The notes under the pieces were generated by a model that was not told where the DNA came from, did no database searches, and saw only the letters and a list, made by a program, of their open reading frames with translations. A stretch of DNA of 64,000 nucleotides from the human T2T-CHM13v2.0 reference genome, Homo sapiens, in NCBI RefSeq assembly GCF_009914755.1, contig NC_060926.1; one strand, written 5' to 3'. Position numbers and translations under genes: made by a program. This document shows positions 1-17,749 of the stretch, one piece after another (position 1 is the stretch's first letter; each line of letters begins with the position of its first letter).

Positions 1-75
1 TTGGCCAGGCTGGTCTTGAATTCCTGACCTCGTTATCTATCTGACTTAGATTCCCAAAGTGCTGGGATTATAGGC
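1..75 (-). mobile_element. Alu fragment (window edge)
   Basis: ggccaggctggtcttgaa...cccaaagtgctgggattataggc. Confidence 0.9.
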
Positions 76-104
76 AAAATTTTTTAATATGATCCATTTA
101 TTAT

Positions 105-133
105 ACACACACACACACACACACACACCACAC
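105..133. repeat. (CA)n microsatellite
   Basis: direct reading. Confidence 0.95.
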
Positions 134-1827
134 AAATAAATTGCCTCCCAAAATGTTGGGGGAGGGCATTAGGAGTCTCGGCTTTTGATGAGATGATTGT
201 GAAGAAAATTTTAATAACCAGTACTGAAACTCCTCTGTCTTATGTAGTTCACTTATAAGCCAAAGAGTAAGCGATCCATACAAACATACAAGTGAGAATG
301 TCACTTGGCCCAGGATTAATGTTTCATTATGATCTTTGTTATTACTTGAATAAAAAGATGAAAAGGAAGATATTTGTATGCCAATCTCATGCTCAGAAAT
401 TGTAAAATTCAGTTAAGCATTCTGATGTAATCAAGAAACTAACATTTCCAAGGATTACTTTTAAAAAACAACTCATAGTACATTTTATTTCAAAATCTTG
501 GCTTTAAAATGAGGACTACTTGAAAAAATTTTCCTAAAAAGTTGAATGTATTTGTCCATCTACAAGTTACCTGATAAGTATCTTGAAAAGAAAGTTGGTT
601 TTGAGATGCATACGGGAAAACACCAGAAAGAAACTTCCTGTTCTGCCATCAGAGAATTATACTGTGTGAGGAATGAAGTCTCAAATAAAGCTAGCACACA
701 TTCTCCCTAAAGTACCAAACTTCCAACTCTTTTCCCTTGCATTAAGGCATAACATTTTTTTAAAAGTGCCTTGCTCAAATGCACAGGACAGAACATACTT
801 ATTATCATATTCTCAGCAGAAATTTGGCTTCTGAAGTAACTATTGTGTTTAAAATAAGGAGCTAGGAAAAAGTTTTCAGAAAGTTAGGCGCATTGGCATG
901 CTGTGACCCTACGTAACATCTGCTTGCTGCTTGATGAGAGAAAGAACAATGTTGTTGTCCTCACTGTTACCTCCATGCCTGGGACAGAGCAGAAAAGAAA
1001 TAAATATTGAATAAATGCATGAAAAATGCAGCGCAGAGAATCCACTTAGTTACCAACTAGAAAAGGTCCATATATTCAGGTTTTTAGCTATGATAACCTT
1101 TGCCTTGATACCACCCGGAGACATCAGGCAATAGAGTTGAACCATTTAAGTTTCATTTACCCTGATATAAAACAAATGTTTACCTAAAGAGCAGTTGATA
1201 CATGAGTGCACACCTAGGTTTGCTAAGGCTCCAAGCTAGAATGACTGCTAATAATGTTTACTCTCTTCCTATACACCTTGGATAGTATTGTTGGATTTAT
1301 TTTTAAAATTCTGTTGCTCCTTCAAATAATTTTTCTGCTCTACAGACCACAGTATCTTTGGTCAACTGGAAACATTTGAACACTCCATGACCTTTGTTTG
1401 AATATCTTTCAAAATCCATGTGTTCCTTTTTCCCTCCAGTACATAACACTTTTCCTAGTTACACAGATATTTTTATTCTTTTTAGCACATACAATTCAGC
1501 TCTAATCTTTTCTCTTTGTCTGAGTCTCAGAGTTGAAAAGTGATTTCTCCATTCTCTCAGAATATACGCTTTTTTGCTCTGTAAGACATTAATTACATTC
1601 TGCCTTATTTTACAGTTATTTACGAACTTGGCTAATTCTCTTCTACTTTATAATAGCAAAAGTTCCTGAAGTCACAAATCATACTGTGTTCTTTTGGGGG
1701 TCTCCTTTATGAGGAAGTAGTGTTTCATAACCAGTAGAAACTCAAAAGGTATTTAATGACCTAAACAATACACATGAAAACTGAAAATTGAAATCAGACT
1801 TCTTGTAGCTTAGAATGTTAGAATATT

Positions 1828-2175
<348 letters not shown>

Positions 2176-4967
2176 TTACTTCGGTCATTTTTTTTGAAAT
2201 GGTATCTGAATTTAAGTAAAAAAATCATAATACATGTAACAATGGAGATTTACTGTAGGCATGTTTTTGTAATATGTTTCACATTGATTGTAATTAGACG
2301 ATACTCAGCTTAGAGGGTCATAATTTTAAACAATTTTACAAGTGTAAACTGTTTGGTCTTCTGGACCTGCTATCGTTCATATAAATAGCCTCCTTCAAAA
2401 TGTATTCCACAAATGAAAATAAACATAAATTTTATTTATATATTCATCCAAATTGGTTATAAACCTACATCAGAATTTCTGATATGTCTCTATATTTGCT
2501 GTAAAATATTTATCAAGCCACTAGATGTTTTAGAAATAAAGTTCAAGTAGTTTCTAAAAACTAGGGCAAATGGTGAATGCCACAAAGGGGTCTGTGAAAC
2601 TGACCAGCACTTATACAAAGAAAAATAAAAAATATGAATTTTCCAGATAAGTTCTCTCACAAGAGAAAATGTAAAATACGGGACTAAAAATTGTATATTA
2701 AAGGTATTTATGTAAAACCAATGGGATAATGAAAGGATGAGAAATTAGAATGGAATGGAAGAATGTTGTGAAGAGTGTTGAATGACAGATGAAGAGATTT
2801 CTTTGGTTGAAGGTTTTAGGCACAGGGTTTCTAAGAGTCTGAAATAGGAATGTTATTTCACTGTATCGTTGAGAGAAGAGAACTGGGTATCAGGGTATCT
2901 GCATTCAAGTGCTTGCTTTGTCATTCATAAGCCACGGACATGGTAGTAGGAATTTAATTTCCCAAAATGTGTTTCTTTATTAGTAAATATTAATACCTGT
3001 TATCTGGCTCTTATAGGGATATAAAAAAAATAATGAGACAGTAAAGACAATATTTTTACAAACCAAAAAGTGTTATTATTTACACACAGTAGTATATCAT
3101 GTTAATAATCCAACTTTATTCTTTATTGGGTCTACAGATCTACAAGTCACACAACCATATTAGGATGGGTTAATAGCAAGTGGAGGGAAGACCATTTAGG
3201 AAGATTTTGTAAAAGCTCTGGAAATAAGTAATGATAAACTAGAAGAGTTTTAAAAAGGGAAAGAAACAGAAGTATCCATGGAAGAGGAAATTAAATGGAA
3301 GGTGCAAAGGAAACTAATCACGTTCCAAGATTTAATTATCATTTTTCGATTAACATTCCATAACTAATCATGATGTCTTTACCATGTGCTAGATATGCTA
3401 GAAACAAAGGAGTATATAACTGTTACTTTTACTGACAGTTTTTTTTATACAGAAGAAATTGTTTTTTCCCAGTCTACCATGGGATTCCTTTTAATTCTTT
3501 ATTATTGGTTGTAACATTATAATAAAATAAATTTAGGAACTGGAGTTTAAAGATTAAGGAATTTTTGTCCTAAAAATTGTTTAGATTGTTTCGAATCGTC
3601 CATGTCTTATACAATATTTCACTCACATAGTGATAATCACACACATATTAATTCATATTACTATAGTTTTCATAAATAGTATTTAGCAATCACAAAATTA
3701 AAATATTTTGCCTGCATTGAATCTTGTAGAGACAGTACAATATCTTAACATAAATTATCCTTCGAAATAAAATACAGTATACTTAATGTTAAAATATTTT
3801 CTCTAAATTTGGGTCTGGACTCAAAACTTGAGAAGTAGCACAGATTTTGGCAAACTTCTCTAAGAATGTTTCCCAATGGGAATTAACAATACCACGTGAC
3901 ACTGGTAGATGTTTAAATGTAAGAATGCATAACATAGAAACAAGAAGACACTACGCATCCAATTTATGTTAATGTATCCAAAGGGACTTAAAATTAATGT
4001 TTGCATTTATATCCATTGCTTCCTGAAACTTAACTAAAATTTTACTGAAGTTACATTAAAATAATTTTTGTTTAAAGTCATGAGCCCAAAGCACAAAGAA
4101 AGTTGGAAAAGATATTGACAAAAAAAGGTAGAAAGAAAAGCGGTCAAGTAGTTAGTGATTTAATAGCCTCCGCAGTTCTAAATGGTAAGATAAAGGCGAG
4201 GAAAGTCCACTTCCCAAACCTAATAAATTTGCAAGTAATGGATACTTGTATAAATAGAGATAATGTAAATGCTAAAACTAGAAGGACTGGTGGAAGATCT
4301 ATTTAGGAGGCAGTGAGGTCCCCAGATCCTCTTTATACTTTAGAAGGCTAGACCCTGCAGAGGATCCTGTATATAGAAGATTGGATATTTATTCCCTGAA
4401 GGGTAAAACATAGGTTCTCTGAACTGAGGAACCAATGTTATAGTTAATCTTTTAAAAAAATAAGTCATCGTATACAAAAAAAATAAGAGCAGTTCAGTAC
4501 AAATCCAGGCAAAGAGAATCCCTAGAATAATGTTGAAGAAATATTCCAATATTACTTTTGTGCAGAATATGTGTCTTGATAAAATTACGACATATTAGGT
4601 TAAGGGGATCGAAAATGGCAGTAGGAAGTCAATAAATAATGCATGAGGTCAATACATAATGCCTAAGGCTGAAGATGCAGAAACTGAAAATGTAGCCACG
4701 TTATTTAAATACTAAAGTAAATACAGAAATCAGTAAAATGCTTTAAAGCAGGTGCCTATGATAAAAGGATATAGGGCAGGCCTACCATTTTAAATAAAAG
4801 TATGTTAGAATTGCAAACATTTTAAATATATCTAAATTGGTGGATTCATTTCTTATTGCAGTTATAACAAATTACCACTGCTTTGGTAGCTTAAAAGAAC
4901 ATACATTTATTATTTTACAATTATAAAGGTCAGAAGTCTACAATCTGTATCATTGAGCTAAAACTAA

Positions 4968-5471
<504 letters not shown>

Positions 5472-5992
5472 TTATAAGGACTCTGTGATTAAGTTGGGCC
5501 CATTCAAATCATCTAGGATATTTTTTCCATCTCAATATCCTTAACTTAATTACAGCAGGAAAGTCCCTTTTATCACGTGAGGTAACAAATTCACAGGTTT
5601 GTGATAGGACCTGGGTATCTTTTGGGAGCCATCATTTGAACTAATGCAGTTGTTCCTGGTTCTCAAAGATTTATGTCAGCTCAGTGTGCAAAGTAAGTAT
5701 ATTCCATACCAAGGTCCTCAAAAGTCTCAAATCATTAATAGCATCAACTCAAGTCCAAAATCTCTTCTAATCTCATAAAGTCAAAAGTCTGTAATTTCAT
5801 CATCTAAATCAGCTATGTTTAAAATTCTGGGCATGGTCTATCCTGGTCCAAAATTCCTGTCCATCTGTGGACCTGTAAAACTAGAAAATAAGTTATCTGT
5901 TCCGAAAATACAATGTGGGACAAGTATAGGATGCTAGTTATAGACATTTCTGTTCAAAAATGGAGAAAATGGAAGGATAAAATGAGTCACCA

Positions 5993-6296
<304 letters not shown>

Positions 6297-7444
6297 TCAC
6301 CAGTTCCAAGCAATTTTGAAATCCAGCAGAGTAAACTCCATTTATTGTTAAAGCCTGGGAAAAATTCTCTTTGGCTCAAATATCTGCCTTCTCTACCTTT
6401 CACTCTTCCCTCTGAATTATTCTTCCTTTCTGATGGGTTTGCAGATAAATAGTATTAACAACCCATTTCTTGCCTATAGAAATTTGGGAGTCTTACAGTC
6501 TTCTTTTATTTCCTCCTCTCTCTTTCTCTTACAGTCCAAACTGGCAATGTTTCTGCTGTTATAATATTCTCAAAAACGTTGTGTCTTCTTGTATGTCCTG
6601 GGAATTTGCACCATTAAACAAGAGGCCCCTACACAGGTATTTCCAAGATAATTCCATCCTTATTTTTTAGCTTCTGCAGAAATGGAAGAAAAGATCCACG
6701 AGTAACATGATCACTTCAAAGAGTTCTCTATGTGAATGAACACTTTTAGCTCTTCTTTCTTCTGAGGCACTAACAAAAAGTTGTCCAACCATTCACTTTC
6801 CTAACAGTGAATCTTCTAATTTTAGTGTCATTTGCAATCTGGACAGATTGAGAATTTCCCAAATAATCAAGCCCTGGTTATTTTTTGCTTAACAGTTCTT
6901 CCCTCAATCTATCATTTTACTTCTGCATTTTATTATAAGCAGAAAGAAGGAAACCAGAACACATCAACATCTTGCTTGGAAATATCCAAAGTTAAATACC
7001 AAAGTTCATTGCTTACAACTCCTGCTCTATGTATAATGGCAGAAATCAATTAAGGTATTACAAGTATTGCCTCTATAAAGTACATTTGATTACATTATAT
7101 TATTTCAAATTTAATTATATTTATTTCATAGCATTCTTAATGTGCTTAATCTCTTTTTTCTAGTTTTCAATAACATATTCATTTCTCTTTGAGCCCTCAT
7201 CAATATTCTTCATGTCCACATTTCTAATGACAGCTTATTTATAATGATTTAAGTATTCTCTGAGTTAATACAGTTTTTTCCACCATGCTCTTTACTTCTG
7301 AGTCCCCATGAGAATAATTTTAACATCTATATCTATGAACAGTCTATTCAAGGCAATCCAGGCTTTTTCTATTATTGTCCTAAAAGTTCTTCCAACCTCT
7401 ACCCAGTACCCAATTTAAAAGCCATTTACAGATTTTTAGGTATC

Positions 7445-8602
<1,158 letters not shown>

Positions 8603-9362
8603 TTTGTTATAGCAGCACTTCAATTCCAGGATACAAAATTCCTATTTGTTTCTTGATGCTGTTGTAACAAATTACTTAGTGGTTTTATATAACACAAATC
8701 ATCTCACAGTTCAAGAGGTTCAGTCTTACAATCAAGATGTCAGCAGAGCTGCTTCCTTCTAGAGACTCTGGGAGAGGATCTGCTGTTTGTATCTTACAGC
8801 TTCTAGAGGCTGATGGTATTATTTGGCTTGTGGCCACTTCATTCTAATCTCTGCTTTTATCATCATATCACCTTTTCTCACTGCCTTTTGACTCATGTGT
8901 CTCCTTGTTATAGGAAACTTGTAATATCATTGAGCCCATCCAGATTATCTAATCCAGGACAATTTCCCTTATTTAAAATCATCTGACTGTGACTTGATCA
9001 TATCTACAAATACCTTTGCAACACTGTTTACGTTAGTGTTTTATTGAAGAACTGACTAAAGCCTAGTTAAGTTGACATATAAAACTGACCAGCACACTTA
9101 GACAGAGTTAACAGTAGGGTGCTAATAAATAAAGTTGCACCCATTTGCCAAACATGCATTTTAAGTTAATTTATGCCAAAAAGAATAAGTGAATAATTCA
9201 ACTAAAATGTGACTAAAAATTAAAAATAAGCATTGCCTCTATAAAATACATTTGATTAAGTTATAACATTTCAAATTGAATTATATTTATTTCATACTGT
9301 TCTTAATGTGCTGAAAGTTACCAAATAGTCTTTAATTAACACTTATTTTAATAAAATATTTT

Positions 9363-9645
<283 letters not shown>

Positions 9646-11379
9646 TTAAAATGTTACTTAAAATTAGGTAAACATGAGGCCGTATTCTGCTCTCATTATC
9701 AATTGCTACCTCAATGTTTCAGTGTCTCTGATACAAGTTAGCATTATTGATGCAAGAAAAAAAAATACAGAGAAGCTGATCTTTTTATGTCAAGCTGTGA
9801 AAAATGTCATAAGGAAATTTAGAATTACTACAATAAATTTAAAAGGCTTTTGATAAGAAAACTGTATTAAATGTAAAACTAAGTACTTATTTTCACATAA
9901 ACAATAGCCAGTGTTACTGGAACATTCCTGGGGAGGAGTTATTCCAGAGTTCACAAGTATAAAAAATTTTCTTGACCTAGCTAATTTATGTCAGATAAAA
10001 GCGCAAGAGTACAATTTGCTTCCTACAGCACGTAATTATATAATAAATATGCTCTGGGTAAAATAAATAAGATAACAGTGCATATTTCTCTTATTAATAC
10101 AGGAAAAATACCTTCAATCCATAGGTTTCAAAACCACATGATTTAAAAATAAGAGATATTTCTTGGATAATCCCGCTGTTAAAATTTGACTGTTGATTCA
10201 TAAATTTAAAGCCAATGCTTTAGAATACTTTTTTTTAAAATCACCCCATTAATTATTGTTTATTTCCTTCCAACAGATTATCCCATAAGACTGCAAGGCA
10301 TGCAATCATAAAGGTAAGCAGTTTGATAACTTCTCTTCACAAAATAAGTTTGCTGCTTTCATTACAAGTTTGACTTTTTAAATTTAAATAGACACTGTCA
10401 TTTCAGATTAAGAACAGGAGGAGAAATTGAGACTTATGTATATGAGATTTGGATTCTTGAAAATAATTTTAGCTAATACTATTTAAAAAGTATAGATAGA
10501 TTTCTGTTTAACTTACGGTTCCAGATATCCATCAATAAATGACTTACTCCCTTGTATTATAGGACATTTCTTTTTGCTTGTAAAGATTTTAAGATGTGAA
10601 AGTTCACAGGAAAAAAATAAATCAAATTATGTACAAATATTTATTGTGTACCTATTATATACCAAATACTATCATAAACAATAGAGATACAGCAAACAAC
10701 ATTTTAACTCTCTAGTTTTTCAAAACATGTTTTTCATATCAAAATATCAATGTGCCAAAAACAAATGAACAATCATTGCAATTTATTTTTGATAAATAGA
10801 AAACAGTCATACAATACTGCCACTTCTTAGGGAAGAAAAGCAGTGTTGTCAATAGAGATTAGCAATGGCATTTATACAAGAGTAGTCTGAGAATCAGGAG
10901 GAGAACCAGGATGAAACTGTGTCAGAGGATTGCAAGGAGAAATAAATTTTCAGATGTAGAGAGTAGTCAACAATTTCAACAGAAATGAGTTCATTGTCTT
11001 TGTCAACCACAGAGTCATCTGAGTCTGTTATCAGAGCAATGAGGGAACTTGTGAAAGATGGCAATGATTTAAAGAGTGAAAAGAGTCAGTGGGTATAGAT
11101 TACTTGTTCAACCTTGGTGGCAATAGGAAAGGTGGAGAGGACAATGGGATCCACGAAAGAGAGCAATTTGTTTATAGTTTTATTTTTTAGTATAGAGGAG
11201 AAATGAGCATTTTTGTAGCTTTAGGAGGAGGCTTACTGAACAGAGAGAGAGGAAAAAAAACATACACAATGGTTTCAACAGCATAGGAATAAGGTTTAGA
11301 TTTGAAAGGACCGTTTCTCAATGACTGAAAAATGGAAGTAGATGAAAATGGGTATACACAAAGGTAATAGCCAACATTA

Positions 11380-11683
<304 letters not shown>

Positions 11684-11699
11684 AGCCAACATTAATTGA

Positions 11700-11910
11700 A
11701 TACACATACACACATGAAGGAGAATGAGTGGCATTGTTCTATGCACTTGCTATGTTGTGATGGGTAACATTAATCCTACTTTACAGATGAGGAAACTAGG
11801 ACATGCAGTGCTTAATAATTTGCAGAGGTTGCACAAATAGTAAAAAGCAGAGCCACAATTTGAACCCAGGGAATCTTATTTTAGAGTCTAGATTCTTAAT
11901 CATGATACTC
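11700..11910 (-). mobile_element. MIR
   Basis: MIR core tttacagatgaggaaact...tttgaacccagg. Confidence 0.7.
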
Positions 11911-12414
11911 CAATGAACCCAATTAATTCTGCAAGTGGAAGTGAGGCAATTTACTGAATACCTCTATTTTTTGCCTATAAGAAACAAAAAAGACATTCAT
12001 GAAGAATGATGTGGACAGGTATGAAAGGCGTTTTAAGATGATGGTGAAGGAAATTACGGGATTATATATGTAAATCTGTGTGTTTGTGTGCTTTTTCTCT
12101 CATAAAATATCTTTCCTTTGGAATAAGAAGCTAATAAAATGTAAGAGTAATTTTAGGAGATATTTGTTAGAAAGATTCATGTTCTTAAATTCCATGTTTA
12201 GGTTGTAGTTTTCATTTCTTATCTGTGAGACTTTCAAAATCAGTATAGATTTTAATGCTTTTAAAACCTCAGAACATATTAGCATTAAAGACTGGACAAG
12301 GCATTTTTTCCCCTTTAAGTAAGCAAATGGATGTATTCTACATATAACTTAATACCAATTCAACCTACATATTTTCCTCTAAAAATAATTCACTGGTTTC
12401 AGCCTTTGAATATT

Positions 12415-13126
<712 letters not shown>

Positions 13127-13399
13127 TTTTTTTAAAAAGCCCTTAAGTTTCTGTTAATCTGTCTGGTCAACGCCAAAGTGGAATTATTTCTAGAGCAGGT
13201 TTTATACTTTCCTCTTCTTAACATCTTTATCATTCTGAAATTTCAATGAACTAATGTACATTAATGAACTAATGATGTACATTTAAATACTAATATTCAT
13301 TGTTTTTTACTAGTACGTAGCGAATGAAGTTAAAACATAATGAGTACATTTAGTGTTTTGGGAATCAAGGAAGAACAAATTAAATCAACCCCTCCGTAC

Positions 13400-14228
13400 T
13401 GTAACTTGGTCAGAATGTGGTGGCTCGGGTTTCCGTTAGGAGCCAGAGCAGTCAGTTTCAACGACCCCTTTATTATGAATTTGGTAAATACGTAAGTTAA
13501 ACATTGAAGAACTGGAGAAACTGGTGTCTGAGCATAAGGGCTAGAATGTGGAATCAAACCCACCAAGATCCCACCTGGGTTTTCTCAGACCCTAAAGCAA
13601 GCTTCTCCAACACACAGCCTGTGGGCCACATGCAGCCCAGGATGGCTCTGAATACGACCCAACACAAATTGGTAAACTTTTTATGAGGTTTGTTTATTTA
13701 TTTATTTACTTTTTATTTAATTTACTTATTTATTTATTTAATTTACTTATTTATTTATTTATTTTTTGATCATCAGCTATCGTTAGTGTTAGTAAATTTT
13801 AAGTGTGGCCTAAGACAGTTCTTCCAATGTGGCCCAGGGAACCCAAAAGATTGGACACCCTACGTCTGATCCAATAATAAAATCATTCTTACACATACAC
13901 CTCGTTCCAGGGCCCACTTAAGAGTAAGAAACTTTCCAAGGCCCTAGAGAAAGCTTTCCAGACCCCAGACCCTAAAGATTAGACAGAGATTAAATGAAAC
14001 ACTCCTGCTGGTTCCTGCTGAAACAGCTCCATGCACTCCCACACGTAGGCATGGAGCTTTAAATGTATACGTGCACCGGAGAAAAACTTGTGACTTTGAG
14101 TTGGTCTTAAGTTGGCCCAACCTTCTTGCGGGTTGCAGAAATAAGCTCCCTTTTTTCCCAGTTGGTCTGCATCTCGTTATTGGACTTTGAGAAAAAGCGG
14201 CTGGGTGGGCCACATTAGTATGGGAACA
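13400..14228 (+). mobile_element. ERVL-type LTR (MER54-like) interrupted by MER30
   Basis: 3' end tctgcatctcgttattggac...gggaaca; subfamily from memory. Confidence 0.55.
13598..13861. mobile_element. MER30 hAT MITE with internal (TTTA)n expansion
   Basis: caagcttctccaac...gtggcccagggaacccaaaagattggacaccc. Confidence 0.75.
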
Positions 14229-16463
14229 AAAAGAGCAATAAACTCTCTCCAGTGGCTACTTCAGACTGAATTAAGATTTATTTTACCTTTACAATGAAAT
14301 AACTGCTGACTGCCCCTTGGACCTGTTTATCTGGCAGGCACTGTGGTAAGCATAGCATTGTCATTCTTTTCATTAATCCTCATTAATTGATGCTATTTTC
14401 CACCTAATTTTAGTAGAGCTTAAGAACATTGCATCATCATGAGTGATGCACTTGGATTCAAATCTAAGTCTCACTATTCCCAAAGCCCATATTTTAACCT
14501 TAACAGGCTTACCACATATCTCTAGGTGTCAATGAACATTACGTTTGTGAGGAGTGAGCTAATGTGACCCAGGTCTCATCACAAAATGAGTAAGACGAAC
14601 CTCTAAAAACCTAATTTTGTGATGCCATAGGCAAGAAAAAGTGTGAATATTATTTGTATATCTTTAAATATGATTTACACTTTCTAACAGAAAATACTAA
14701 CAGTCCCACAATCATGCAAATTATGCTATTGATTTTGTGGGACTTAAAAGGCAGTGCTGTGTGAAATGGTTTGCTGCATTAAATATATTTGTAAAGCTAA
14801 GCAATGTGGGGTATAAGTCACAGGAAAATGAAACTCCCTAAAAGTAGCTCTGTCAGCATTATTGAACAAAGTTGTTAACACATTCATGATGGGTACCAAA
14901 GGAAAATTTAATATGGCTTACAGCAGATGTTTTCCATGTGACTATGTTTTGCTAGTATTATATATAAATTGCATTATTTCAGACTTTCCAAATGAAGAGT
15001 GCCGAAGAAACACTGAATCACATATTCCCATAACACTTAGCATATATTAAATACACAGTAAATATTTGCAGAACAAATGAAATAAAGAGAAAAGAAGGAA
15101 TAAATAAATGAGCATCATCTATTAATTCATTCACAGCTAAAGTCAAAAGAGTAATAATTTATATTAAGAAATAATACTTTCATATCAGTGAAATGAAACA
15201 CTCCATTATTGTCAATAAAAAATAAATAAATCTCATTTCTATGTATTTCTAAACCTGATGCAGAGTACTTCTGTTAAAGAGATGAGTGCAAGGAATACTA
15301 TTACTTATAAAATGATAGCGCTTTTAATATTTGTCTTAAATGAGACTAAGCTGACACTGTTCTTGGTAGATACTAAATGAATATTTGGCAAATTGAATTA
15401 AATAAGAATAAAAATGATAATTTAACGAAAAAAAGACTATAGGGAGGTAATAATTTCAGATTTCAATGGTATTTTGTGCAAAAATATTATACTACTTGGC
15501 AACTAATTGGGATTCTTTCTCCTCTATCATAGATATTAAAAACACTAAGTTTAAGCAAAGCTCATCTTTTGTTGGGATGATTCAAATCACGTTTCTATCT
15601 TTACTACCAAATAAATTATTTTTTCATGGAACTCAACACTAAAGAAAAAAAGGAGTACTTCCTGTGCACTCACCAAGTAAAGTAAACAGTCATATAGATG
15701 AGATTCATGTGCCATGCCTAAGAAATTTCATGAATGGGAGAAACAAGAAAGGCATGTGTGGATGTAACTATATGCCACATTCTGAAGTCTCTTCTATTTT
15801 AAGAACATATTTGTCATCAGATGATTTTTATGTAAGATGCATGTTTGTTGTCTTAATATTATTTTCAGAAAATATTAATAACCTTAAAATATTAACAACT
15901 GTAAAACAGTTACGTGTTTCATCCTTATGGTTATTTGTCAGAGCTCATTATAATGCGACAGAATGGGCATTTAGGACCATCTACTCTGTGAGGCTTCTTT
16001 CATCATCCCTGCTGGAGGAGACTTCACTTTACTGTGTGTGCTGTATAATTCTGTCTATACTCGTACCACACTGGTATCACACTAACTTGTGGTTATTTCT
16101 GCTGCTAAGATTTTCTCTCCTACTTTGTACATTCCATGAGATCAAGAATCTCAACTTTCAGAGAGCATATGATTCCTTCCTTTGATGAATATGCATTGAT
16201 TACTTATTAAGTCCCAGGAACTCTGTGGCCAGGGTCAGACTGTCCCAAAGGCATTTGGAACAATAGTCAACAGAGTGTCCTGGACACTTGCCTTGGGCTG
16301 GGCTGCAGGTATACTGATGAGCAAGGCACAGTTTCTGTGCTTATACAGCAGAGAAGCTATTAGGGAATAAAAAAATAAAAGAAAAATAACAATATTGTAA
16401 TAAGGTTAGGTGCAAATCATTTGTGGGAACTGGAAGACACACTTTTCTCTAGCTTGAGAGTAT

Positions 16464-16464
<1 letters not shown>

Positions 16465-16499
<35 letters not shown>
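16465..16499. repeat. (TG)n microsatellite
   Basis: direct reading. Confidence 0.95.
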
Positions 16500-16500
<1 letters not shown>

Positions 16501-16877
16501 ACCTTGTAGGTGAAAGAAAGAGCTAAACTGAACCTGAAGTATATAGCATGTGAACCAAGTGAAATATAAGCAAGGAAACAGTACACTCAATGTTTAACCT
16601 GAGACAAGAGACAGAATGGACCAACCAATACACTGCAATTGTTTAGCAGAGTAGATACGTAATAAATCTGATTTAGAATGTTTACTTCAGATATACATTT
16701 CAGAAAATATGAGCCTGATTCTTCCTTATATCTGAATCTGAGTAGCTCATATATGCAAATTACACAGAAAGAAAACCCTTCATTAGAGTACGTGTAGAAA
16801 ACAGTCCTTGCTTTACACTTCCTGCAGTTTAAATAAATAAATCTTTTGTCATTAATACCTATTCAGAATGGCAGACT

Positions 16878-16918
16878 ACGCTGATGCAAAAGTAATTGCG
16901 GGCTTTGACATTACTTTC
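16878..16918. mobile_element. MADE1 (Hsmar1-derived MITE), left half, split by COPRS retrocopy
   Basis: gatgcaaaagtaattgcgggctttgacattactttc resembles the MADE1 arm ggtgcaaaagtaattgcggtttttgccattactttt. Confidence 0.85.
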
Positions 16919-17749
16919 TTTTTCTTTCTTCTTTTTTTTAAACCTTAATTTACAAAGAACACACACATTCCAAGGAGGATCCCATTAAGAACAGCAGACT
17001 GGGGAGAACAATAGGAGGGTTATTGAACACTGGTCTGTGTATCCCAGATGAGGGATCACTGGGAATGTTTTCTCAGATATGACTTTTCACCTTCAAAGGA
17101 AAAGAGATCTTGACCTGGAGGCCCAACCACCTACAAGGCAGAAAACTCCACACACAATCTTCAGCATCATCAAACTATCCTGTTTCAAAGACCATCTTGG
17201 AATAATGGGTTATCAGTTGAGGTGGATAGTGCCACCTGGGGTCATAGATCATGTCTCCTTTTGGGGCACAGCTGACCCAAGGTTTGAGATCTTGAGAAAT
17301 GCTCCCCTGGATGTCGTCAGCATCATATGGATTTCCTTGATCTGCTTTCAACACCAAGTCCCAGTCTTCATTAAAAAGATTGCCAGGCTGTTCCTTGGGT
17401 GGACAGTTTGTCCCTTCTCTCAGCTCCCAGGTATTCCATCCGAGTCCTCCGCATTTACAGCAAATCTTCAGAATGGGTGCCTTCACTCCGGGCTGGACTG
17501 TCATTAGAGACACTCTGTGCTCCCCAGGCTAGTCGATCCATAGCCTTCTCAGTCTCTCTCTCCTGACAGGAGTGGTCAGCTGTAGCAAAGCCAGCCTCCG
17601 GGCTAGGGGGTGCCTTCCATGCGCTAGGCAGCAGCCGACCCCGAAACAGCTCCGCGGCCCCCTGCGCCTGGGCCCTGGCAGACTGAGGGGTCCATGCCGG
17701 GCTGCCCGCGGCTTGCCCCCCTGGATGTTGTGGGCTACGTGACGCGCCT
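16919..17749 (-). pseudogene. COPRSP1: Processed pseudogene of COPRS (COPR5/C17orf79); CDS-equivalent ~17154-17695
   Basis: Minus-strand translations match COPRS: AQAQGAAE...PPSPEAGFATADHS.QERETEKAMDRLA and NTWEL.EGTNCPPKEQPG.LFNEDWD..LKADQGNPYDADDIQ...MVFETG*FDDAED. Intronless, degenerate poly(A) tail at 16919-16939, 8-bp TSD ttactttc (16911-16918 and 17750-17757). Frameshift just after ATG (17693-17695), further indels at ~17420-17470, TAG at 17175-17177. Parent gene is secure; the pseudogene symbol is from memory. Confidence 0.93.

Noticed and set aside
4090-4680. Purine-rich stretch with two short ORFs, considered as foreign or coding DNA
   Set aside because: No recognisable protein, periodicity or boundaries; compatible with degraded old repeat or unique intron
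15664-16185. Longest ORF in the track (173 aa)
   Set aside because: GTG start, AT-rich composition, no motif; chance intronic ORF
17079-17507. 142-aa plus-strand ORF
   Set aside because: Antisense shadow of the COPRS pseudogene; no recognisable homology
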